A stretch of 64,000 nucleotides of DNA from positions 41,356,001 through 41,420,000 of the forward strand of contig NC_045697.1 of assembly GCF_009834535.1 (NCBI RefSeq), read 5' to 3'. Positions 54,281 through 64,000 of this stretch are shown piece after piece. Position 1 is the first letter of the stretch; each line of letters opens with the position of its first letter. The notes below the pieces were generated by a model that made no database searches, was not told the origin of the DNA, and worked only from the letters and a program-made list of their open reading frames with translations. The DNA is from Camelus ferus (taxonomy: Eukaryota). Both the position numbers and the translations under genes were made by a program.

Positions 54281-54469
54281 TGAATTATATAATTTTTAAT
54301 GCAGCTTATTTAAAAATATTTACTTAGGTGAATTCAGGTTAATCATTGTTTCCATTTTAATATTATCCATCAATATAATTTGATACTTTAAAACAACAGC
54401 AATGTTCAAACATATTTACACTGAGTATTTATAACTATTTTTCAAATTTTAGAATGATTTACAGAGGAG

Positions 54470-54722
54470 GGCATGTGCATAATTGAGAGCATGGACTCTG
54501 AAGTCAGGCAACACTAGGTGGAATATAGATTCTGTTAATTACTAGAGGTATAATTGAGCTCCTGTTAACCCCTTTGAGTTCCAACTGCATTTTCTGTAAA
54601 GTAAGAATGATGTTAGCTACTCTATTAAGAAGTAGTGAAGATTAAACAAAATAGTATATGTAAAGTCCTTGCCTATTGACTGGCACATAGTGGCCCCCAA
54701 CAAATGTAGTTATTCTATTATT
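54470..54722 (+). mobile_element. MIR SINE
   Basis: ttgagagcatggactctgaagtcaggc...ctgtaaagtaagaatgatg...ctggcacatagtgg. Confidence 0.75.
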
Positions 54723-56829
54723 TACCAAGAGGCAAGGGAGAATTTTATGTGTTGTTCTGACTTCATATCTGTTTGAGGTTTTAAGAGCATCTAAAGAGAA
54801 AGTGGGAATTTGGGTGTTAGGCAAAGTTCATACTCTGCCTGCACTTTTATTCTGAAAAAGACTTGAAAATCCAGTCTGCAGTGACTGACAAATTATTTTG
54901 AATACAAGTGCTTTAAACATCATAATAAAAAATTAGACGAAAAATTAGATGACATTAATTTTCAAGACAAGGGAATCTAAATATATTTAAAGAAAAGGGA
55001 AATTTTAGCATTATACTTGATAAACAGTATATATGACAAACTTGACAGTATTATAATATATCATAAATAGGAATAATGAAACATACAAAATAATGAAAAC
55101 ATACAAAATAACCAACATTAATTTATTCCTTTAGGCTAAACAACAAGAGGCTAAAATACTGAAAAGGAAAGAAATACAGAGATTTTTTTTGAAACAAATA
55201 TTTGAAATGCAGGAATTTTTAGCATGGTTTAGTTTAGACTGAGTCTAGAAAAAAATCATTTATTTGTGACATATATTTAAAACATAGCTCTGTGACATCA
55301 CTGTGGAAAAAATGAGTTCAAGAAGTGAAGGGAATCCATAGATTAAGCAGACTGCTTAAGTTGTAAGGCTGGTTGGTTTTGAAGAAAGATCTTAGAAAAA
55401 CTGAAAACTCCAACAGACAAAATAGGTACATTTTTAGTAGTCTAGTGAAAATACCAAAGTCTGAATTTCTCTTTATTTGGAAACTAGAAAAATACTTGGA
55501 GTCATTTTGTATATTATATATATGTATACATATATATATTTTAAAACTTTTAAAAATTAGCTAACACATGCAACTTCCAGTATTTCAAGATTAGAAATAA
55601 TGTTGGAATGAATATTCATTTTGTTTTAAGACTTCCACTGTATTATCTACTGTTAAACCAACAAGCAATGTTATGGGAAATTAAATTCTATTAGGAAAAA
55701 GCGGGATTTTATCAGTCCTTGTTCTTGTTGACCTCTTTGCTGTTTTCTGCGCCTCTAAGTCTTGATTGTTGCTTTTCTTGTCTTTCACTATCTAAATGCT
55801 TACTTGCCTCTGTCACTCCTCTATCTCCTTGCTGGTTATGCTTCTTTCTGCTGACTCTGAATGTGGACTTAGTCCTTGACACTGCTGTTTCCTCACAAGA
55901 GTCTTTCCTTAGAAGGCTCATTGAGAATCTCCTTAACCCTCTACCCTGGCTGTGACATTTTCCCCTGAGATTTATTTCTTCACCTCTATTTGCCAGCTGA
56001 ACGTATTTCTCACGGCCGGTTATGTTGGAGTCTCTGAAGTCAGCTTTAGCTATTCTCTTTCCACTGTCTCCAAATCAAATTAGTCACAATTCCTCTTTTC
56101 TGATTCATCGTCTCAGATTAGCAGGAGTCCAAAGCCCTGCTGGTTTTGTAAACATAAAGATAGAATGGGCTGGTGCAGGTGGCCAAGCATAATTCAATAG
56201 GTGGCTTCCTGTGGTGAGGGCCAAACTGGGAGCAGGGAGCCAGCCTGATCAGAACTCCTTCCCAAAGTGCTGGGCAGAGTATCAGAATCTAAGATGAGGC
56301 AAAGCAGTGGAAACAGGGAATATAAGACTTTAAGAAATGGGTCTGAAGTGGAGGGTGGGAAGTGAAGTCTTCTAGAATTCCACAAGCTGTCAGAATATCA
56401 CCATGGGTACTTTTATAAGGCATCTTTAGCCTCATAAAGGGAAAGCTGTCTTAGAAGCACTTCCTTTTTATGAATATCATAACAGTCCCCCAGTTGGGTT
56501 GTGGAGCTCACAAGTCTTCAGTACATCTTATATATTACTCTTAGATTTTGATCCCTGAAACGATCTCTTTTCCTGTGCTTCTTCCTCCTTCAAAATTTTA
56601 TTGACTTTCTTTTTCCCACAGACAAAATGCTTTGCCAGGCAACGGAAGCCTCCCAGATCTTTTACCCACTTCTTATATGCGGGTCCACATTCCAGGAAAA
56701 CCAGGCTACTTAATACTCAGGCTATGCAATAAGGGATGTCCGCACCATTCTCACACTCTTCCTATATTATTCCTGTCACAAAAAATAACATCTACAATTT
56801 TTTGATGAATGTGAGCCTCCAGATTTTCT

Positions 56830-57728
56830 TTTTTTTCTTTTTAAAAGTAGAGATAGAAACACTTTATTATTGAATAAGCATTAAACCAGAATGTGATGTG
56901 CATCACTGGCAATACTCTAAGACGTTGCAAAACAGACAATGCATGTATGTGTGTAGCCAAGTAGATATGACCTGCTACACGCATGCTTTCATGATAAACA
57001 GTAAGTAAGTATCAAGAGGACTTGATAGCACCATTTGTCACACACAGTTCATCCCACCTTCACCGGATTATTGGGGTGACTATCTGTTAGCTTATGGGCT
57101 TCATCTAGAGGAAAATCTAACTTCTCATGTCTTTATGACATGAAGGAGTTTTGCCAGTTGGAATAAGGAACCCACTGAAGTCAGTCTCCTACCCTTCCTT
57201 GGGAACTGGGAGAAGGAGGAGCTTCTGCCTTGATGTATACATTTCAGAAAGATGGCTCCCAGGTTCTTGAGAAAGACATTCATGGTTCAAAAAACTGGGG
57301 GAAAAAAAAAAGCCAGCTGACAAAAGGCCTGTCTGGTCTTCAGTGGGATATACATATTAAAGAGATGAGAGAAAGCACTTAGAAGTCTTCTAAAGTAAGT
57401 ACTCTGAGAAAACAGAGGGGGAGAAATCTTTTTCCCTATTTTCAACAGGGAGAATGAAGCCTCTTCAAAAAATTGTGTTTGAGTCACGTGGAAATACAGC
57501 GTGAGACTGTGTTTTCATAGCACAGAGCCACACAGCCCAAAACACATTGCCGGGTGTGCAACAATGACACTCCAGCACAACCTGGAGGCACACATGTGCA
57601 GACCAGGGGGCCCTGTGTGATGTATGTGTGAAACTGACACATTTCTGCACAGCCTGGGACACCTCACATACACCCTGGGGACCTAGTGTGAAAGGTGCAG
57701 GATGCTGCCATCATGTCAGATATGACAG
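56830..57728 (-). mobile_element. L1-mediated retrocopy: ~250 bp unassigned sequence, ERV1 LTR U3-R, A-tail; ~21-bp TSD
   Basis: T-rich tail 56830-56842; tttatt (AATAAA on minus) at 56863-56868; LTR-like to ~57475; TSD atgtgagcctccagattttct (56809-56829) vs atgtgaggtctccaggttttct (57729-57750). Confidence 0.75.
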
Positions 57729-59051
57729 ATGTGAGGTCTCCAGGTTTTCTAGGCCATGTTAAAAGCTGTCTATACCTTCTGTAATCTACCACCTAACTGC
57801 CACAATCATTAGTAAGGACATCCATCACTCCTACAAGAGCCACTGCCTACATTTGTTAATTTTTATTATATGCTAAGTTCTTTACATACACTAACTGGTT
57901 TAATTCTTATTTAATCCTTATTTATTATTCCTTCTGAACATTTTTATCAATAGGGCATAAGTAACCTATCCAGGCTCATTGTCCTGGTACAACCAAGTTC
58001 TGCCTGCCCTCATGCTTTCCTTTTATGCCTTAATCCCTTTATCATCTAAATCCTGTGGTTGGTTGGTTGTTGACTGCAAACATGTATATATTCTGTGTAC
58101 CTACCTGGATGTTTTGCTCATCATACAGAGAAGCCCTTGTCTAAAATTCTTTAGGCAATCCTCAGAGCTTAAAGATAGTGTCACATGAGTGACAGATGCT
58201 TAATCATTATTTGCTGCTGTTTATGTCAATGCTCCAGTGTTTCTAGGATGAAAAGGCAATCAGAAAGTTGGCTATTTAAATTATCTTCTTCCATTTGTAT
58301 TTTTTAATAGAAATATTTGTATGATAATAATGAGAAAAATTCTTACAATGTCACTAACCCAGCATGCTTTTTTCTCCCCCAGTTGCTTCTGTAGGTAATA
58401 CACATTTTACCCTAAGCTATTTTGATTTCATTGTGATACTAATGTATATGTAAGTACTAAAAGGGGAAATATATACCATATTCATTTTAGTTTTATGCAT
58501 TTCTGAAGTGAGGGTCCGGGAAAGGAGTTGATATCTGTGGAAAAGAATGAAGCTAATGAGAAAATAAACGTCAGTTTTCAACCTTCACAAAGTACATTAG
58601 CAAATAACAACAAAGGCTGGGGAAAGAATTAAAATTCATTACAAAAAGTCTCTTATGCTTTTCTTAATGTGTTTCTCTTCCTAATATAATTCCTGTTTGC
58701 TAAGATTTTCCAATTTTCATTATCTTAACAGGCTGTTCTCATTTTGATAACACTCCCAGTTGAGTTTCATATAACCTCCCGTGCATCATATACCTTTAAA
58801 ACTTTTCACCTTTTTGTTTATATGCCTGCCAGTTTGTTTTGAAATTTACTGTAGTGAGTGTTAAAAATATCTTACCTTAAAGTACACTAAAGATAATTAT
58901 GTACTTATTGGTTTACTGAGAATGCCAATAGTATTAATATGTGCAATGTTTAAAAATTTGTCATATTTACTTTGCAAAGGAGAAATAAGCTATTTTGATT
59001 TTCTGTGCTATTCTCATAGGTACATTAGGAACCAGATAGGTAGCCATTATT

Positions 59052-59415
59052 TCTTTTCTTTTTCCTTTTCTTTTTCCTTTTTTAAATTGAAGTATAGCCA
59101 GTAATAATGTGTCAATTTCTGGTGTACAGCATAATGTTTTAGTCATACATATACATACATATATGTGTTTTTATATTTTTTCATTATAGGTTACTACAGG
59201 ATATTGAATATAGTTCCCTGTGCTTTACAGAAGAAATTTGTTTTTTTTAAATCTATTTTATATATAGTAGTTAGTATTTGCAAATCTCAAAGTCCCAGTT
59301 TATCCTTTCCCACCACCTCTTCCCCGGTAACCATAAGTTTGTTTACTATGTTTGTGAGTCTGTTTCTGTTTGTAGATTAAGTTCACTAGTGTCTTCTTTT
59401 TTTCTTTTTTAAAAT
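59052..59415 (-). mobile_element. 5'-truncated young L1 3' tail
   Basis: T-rich tail, then aattgaagtatagccag...ccccggtaaccataagtttg. Confidence 0.88.
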
Positions 59416-59784
59416 TTCAATATTTAGGTCTTTGGTAAGTAATGGAGTAAAGGGACAAGAAAGATATCACTGCCCTAAAGCAAATAAAAAACTAGCTAAT
59501 GCTGTATGTAAAGTACCCGGCACAGAATATGATAAAGGACGATGACACTGATTGTTTCAGCTGTTGTGGTTGTCCTTAATAGTGGCTATGGCAGTTAAGT
59601 GATTGGCAAAATTGAATATATTGTAAAAGATTGAACAATTGAAGTATTTAGAAGTTTCTTTCCCACCTATGCCTTCATATTTAACATTAGAGGATTAGTC
59701 CCATGTGTTAGACATTGCCCTCTATTTTTATCTTCTTTAAAAATGCAAGTACTCATGGAGTGTAATACCTTCAGTAAGGTACCT

Positions 59785-60726
59785 TGTCAACCGAAAAAAA
59801 AATGCAGGAGTCTATTTGACGTCTGAAGAATTGCACTTCGAGAGGCATGGACTTGGGTAACCTTGAAAGAGGTTTCAGGGGAAGAAAACGAGTCAGGGGT
59901 TTGTAAGGACAAAAAGCCACAAGGTTGTTAAAAGTTGCCTGGGAAGAACTGTGACTGACTCTGAGGTGAGTAAGAAAATTTTTGTCCTTAAAGAATCATG
60001 ACTTGTTTTAGGGTAGGGCCTGATAAGTAGATGACTATCAGGAGTCGTTTTAGGGTCCGCTAAGTATTGTGAGTTTCTGGCAGATATTCTGGGTGCCTTC
60101 ATTAAGACAATACGTGGTCAAAGGTCAGGTTCCATCCAGGCTGAGATGTGCACAAGTCACACTTCCATAGTGGCCTCCCAATGTTACCGAACCAAACTTG
60201 GGTCCGCTCACCCACAGGCAGTAAAACCAATCTGCTGACACTGGGTTGTGGTGAAGGAAAGTGCAGCGTTTATTGTAAAGGGGCCAATACAAGGAAGACA
60301 TGTGGCTTGTGCTCTAAAACCCCGAACTCTCTGAAGGGTTTCAGTAAAGCGTTTTTAAAGGCCTGGTGAAGGGGTGGGAGCTGCAGGGTCTGTGATCCCA
60401 TCATGCACAATTCTCTGATTGGTTGATGTTGGGGTAATAGGGTGGTGTCACAGGGACTAACATTATCAATTCTTAGGCTCCAGGATGTGCTCATGGTCAT
60501 CAAGTAGTTCTCGTCTTCATTTGGTAGGTGGTTTTCACGTCTGTAAAACAACTCAGCACATGTGCATCAAATACTGTTATCTAGGTACTCTGGAGAGGAG
60601 CTAAAGCAGAGGATATGGGGAAGGGTCTGTCCTGGGAGGACCCCATAGGGTCCTGCTCAGTTATACTGGCTCCATCTTAGAGAGCTCTTTTAGCAATACT
60701 GATTCCATTTTGATTTTCCTTTCACA
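59785..60726 (-). mobile_element. ERV1 solo LTR (outer element)
   Basis: Reverse strand begins tgtgaaaggaaaatcaaaatggaatc and ends ggttgaca; cct on both flanks; interrupted at 60182-60665. Confidence 0.75.
60182..60665 (-). mobile_element. ERV1 solo LTR nested in another LTR; related to 5041-5659
   Basis: tgttaccgaaccaaacttgggtcc is the exact reverse complement of the 3' end of the 5041-5659 LTR; 5' ends share gagcaggac. Confidence 0.88.
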
Positions 60727-60734
60727 CCTAACAC

Positions 60735-61250
60735 TTCATTCATTCAGCTAACATTCACAAAACACCTGTGTGTTGCATGGCACCTGTGAACAGGACAGAT
60801 AAGGCTCTTGCCCTTAAGGGCTGAAATTCTAGTGTCAGAGCCAGATGACCAATAAATACACAACATAAACACTCAAAATAGTTAACTGATGGGATGAGGT
60901 GCTAAGGGACATATGCGAGGTGCTGAGATAGATAATTCAGTGGAGCAGGGGGTGGGGAGGACTACTTTAGGCAGGGAAGTTCCTCCCTGAGGAAACGGGA
61001 AATCATGTGAAAGGCTGGAAGTGGGCCAGAGAAGAGAGGGTGAGGCTGGAGCACAGGGAGGCACCGGGGAAGGTGATCATGATGGAGCGGAGACGGGGCA
61101 AAGCTGATCCTGGGGACCTTGTAAGTTGCAATAAGGAATTCAGGCTTCATTCTAAGGGCAATGGGAGCCCAGTAACAGGATTTTGTCAGAAGACTGGTGC
61201 AGTTATCACTTGTTTTCCAAAGCTCACTCTAGTTGTGATACAGGGGATAT
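60735..61250 (-). mobile_element. L2 LINE fragment
   Basis: ttcattcattcagc...gtgaacaggacagataaggctcttgccctt...aaggaattcaggcttcattctaagggcaatgggagccc. Confidence 0.8.
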
Positions 61251-61649
61251 TTGCAGCTAGACATGGTGGGCTGAGATCTGCCCGCGGGCCTTCTGCTCCA
61301 GCGCCCAGGCTCCTCCTTCCTGAGCTGTATTCCATTTCCTTGCCTTGATGTATCATGGTCCTCTTGCCTGGAGCAGCCTCCTTCCTCCCGTTCTCCAGCT
61401 GGCAAACTCCCATTTGCCTTTTTAGATACAAGCTCAAATGTAACTTCCCTTATGAATAGGATGACCGAATAATTATCATCTTCATGAAGCATTTTGAGGG
61501 ACATTATTAAAAATGATCCTAGGAAAACATGAGTGAAACAGACTGTCCCAGTTAAAACAGGGATGTGTGGCTCCTGTGCCCCCTTGTTGGTTATACTTAA
61601 TGTCTTCATGGCATTCTGTGCTATTATTCCTCCTCCTGGATACAAGATG

Positions 61650-61895
61650 CTCAATGGTTAAGGCATGGACCCTGAAGTCATGCCACCAGAATTCAAATCT
61701 CAACTCTGTCCCCTATTTATTTTGAGCTGCGTGACTTTGGTCAAGTCACACAAACTCTCCAGGCTTCAGTGTCTTCACTTGTGTAATGTGGGTAATGATG
61801 GTATTTCTTTAATGATTATTTTATTGTGGAGAAAAAAATTAAATAATATATGCAGAATACTTAGCATTAAATTCATTAAATATTAACTAATACTG
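61650..61895 (+). mobile_element. MIR SINE
   Basis: atggttaaggcatggaccctgaagtca...gctgcgtgactttggtcaagtcac...gtaatgtgggtaatgatgg. Confidence 0.8.
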
Positions 61896-62349
61896 TTTTT
61901 TTCAGATAGGCCTACAATTATGTTTATAGTTCTCTCTCTCCTAATAGACTCTGAACTCCTTAGAGCAGAGACCATGTATTATTTATTTACCTTTGTATTC
62001 TTAGTTTACAGCCCAATGCCTAGTATACAAAGAATTTTTTTAAAAAAAATGGCTGAAAATGCAGAAAAGATGAAAGGAGACTTAGAGATTTTTGTTTTTT
62101 ACTCTCCCCACTCAACTTTTTACATTTGAAAGAAGAAAGTTAAGTATATTTCTCAAGTCACAGAGAAAAAGAATCAGAATCTAGTTCTCTTAGTTGCCTG
62201 GCTATTATGTCCGATTTGATCATGGTGAGAATGAACAGATACCTGTATACCATCAGGGAAATACTGAAGTAATTGGAAGAGTCTGTTTCTCAAAATCTGA
62301 AACAAGTACAAATTTTTATTCAGTTACTACTTAGGAACAGTAGTATTTT

Positions 62350-62480
62350 TATTCATTTATTTTCATTTATTTATTTAAATAATTAAAAAAGATTTTTTTG
62401 TTGTTAATGGAGGTACTGGGACTTGAACCCAGCATCTCCTGCATGCTAGGCACAAGCTCTACCACCTGAGCTATACCCCC
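62350..62480 (-). mobile_element. tRNA-derived SINE (camelid vic-1-like)
   Basis: Reverse strand: gggggtatagctcaggtggtagag...ctgggttcaagtcccagtacctcc. Confidence 0.9.
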
Positions 62481-62494
62481 AACCCACACATTAC

Positions 62495-63060
62495 ATTTTT
62501 TTTAATTGAAGTACAGTCAATTACAATGTGTCAATTTCTGGTATACAGCACAACCTCCCAGTCATGCATATACATATATATATTAGTTTTTATATTTCTT
62601 TTTCACTAAAGGTTATTATAAGATATTGAACATAGTTCCCTGTGCTATACAGAAGAAACTTTTAAAAATCTATTTTTATATATAGTGGCTAACAAACTCC
62701 CAAATTTATCCCTTCCCACCCCCTTTCCCCAGTAACCATAAGATTATAAGATTATTTACTATGTCTGCAAGTCTGTTTCTGTTTTGTAGATGAGTTCATA
62801 ATGTCCTTTGTTTTCTTTTCTGTTTTTTTTTTTTTTTTTAGATCCCACATATGAGTGATATATGGTATTTTTCTTTCTCTTTCTGGCTTACTTCACTTAA
62901 AATGATGATCTCTAGGTCCATCCATGTTGCTGCAAATGACATTATTTTATTCTTTTTAATGGCTGAATAGTATTCCATTGTGTAAATATACTACAACTTC
63001 TTTATCCAATCATTTGTCAATCGACATTTAGGTTGTTTCCATGTCTTGGCTATTGTATGT
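62495..63060 (-). mobile_element. 5'-truncated young L1 3' end
   Basis: ttaattgaagtacagtcaattacaatgtg...ccatgtcttggctattgt. Confidence 0.92.
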
Positions 63061-63105
63061 AGGAGCACTAAATTTTTAGATAAAATTGAATAGTGTCTTT
63101 TGTTG

Positions 63106-63137
<32 letters not shown>

Positions 63138-64000
63138 TAATGGTGTTTTGCTTATAAACTTAAACTTTTAATCAAACACAAAAGTGAAAATTAAAATAAA
63201 GCTTATTATCTCAAGAATTGTTCAAAATAAAATGATGATTGGAATAGGCCAAGATAAAAAAGTCAGAAAGGCTTATCTTGTTATACATTTCTCTTTAAAC
63301 CTGATCAATTTAAAATGTTTTGAGGAGAATTAACTATTTATTGCTATTAAACATAAGGAAATAAATGTAGTTAATTATGGTAACTGCCCCCTAGTCCAGA
63401 ACAATACAAATCAGTTCCCTAATATTATTATTAGTCAGCGTACCAAGAAGCACGGAAACAAAAAAAGCAACAGAACTTGGCAAAATGACCCAGAAGATGG
63501 GAATGCCTATTGCACCTTAAATTAATCAGATGGACACAGTGCACCTTAAATTAATCAAATGCACACACACGCATGTACACATGTGTACAGACTAGATAAC
63601 TTCATCCAAAAGTAGACTTTGTATACGTAACACTGGATTATTTTATTTTATGTTTTTGATTTTGTCATTTAAATTCATTTCTGTATACAGTGTGGTTTCC
63701 AAAGAAACCAGGTTAGAAATCAAAATAAAGTTCAAGTGAATATCTATTTTTAAACAGAAGGATTTGGACCATATGTTGAGTAATTTGATACTAAGAATGA
63801 TCTAAGGTATATTAAATTTACAGGAGAAATGAAGGTTGATTTAACACTGGACTATTTTAGACAGTTATCTTAATTTAGTTTTTCATGAGTCCTTTAGGGT
63901 GCCATCATTCCCAGGATTTGTGGATTAATGATGGGGCCATCAGCAGAAGTACTTGTAGTTAATATGCAAGAATTTTAATAACAGGAGAACTAGTTCCTCG

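Noticed and set aside
55072..55111. Short ~18-bp tandem repeat aataatgaaaacatacaa
   Set aside because: Two copies of low-complexity sequence; ordinary slippage, not an array.
55135..55242. Plus-strand acceptor followed by AKQQEAKILKRKEIQRFFLKQIFEMQEFLAW
   Set aside because: No convincing donor, A-rich composition explains the K/E/Q bias, and the peptide is not recognised.
21683..58426. Shared 16-mer cctaagctattttgat at ~21683 and ~58411
   Set aside because: A match of this length is expected by chance in 64 kb of AT-rich DNA, and it does not extend.

Overview
Repeat-rich, AT-rich, CpG-poor mammalian DNA, probably camelid: four tRNA-derived SINE copies resemble the camelid vic-1 type. I recognise no intact host protein-coding gene, RNA gene, CpG island or CRISPR array. 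The supplied ORFs are chance ORFs or fragments of L1 and ERV proteins. The window is layered transposon debris: old L2, MIR, CR1 and L1M; MaLR and ERVL LTRs; a decayed ERV-L provirus (~41.5-46.2 kb, minus strand, PR/RT/RNaseH/IN/dUTPase motifs still readable); an internally deleted ERV1 (~32.6-34.5 kb); ERV1 solo LTRs; and younger L1 fragments and SINEs. The best observations are (1) a ~900-bp TSD-flanked, A-tailed retrocopy of an apparently chimeric transcript ending at an LTR poly(A) signal, (2) a 48-bp exact, locally templated insertion copied from an LTR junction 2.36 kb away, (3) a gag-to-integrase deletion junction with apparent microhomology, (4) a strong minus-strand bias of young L1-driven insertions, suggesting an intron of a plus-strand transcript, and (5) an RFX X-box cluster. 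I found no convincing new biological system. Repeat subfamily names come from recalled consensus similarity, not a database search. Boundaries are approximate unless a TSD is quoted.
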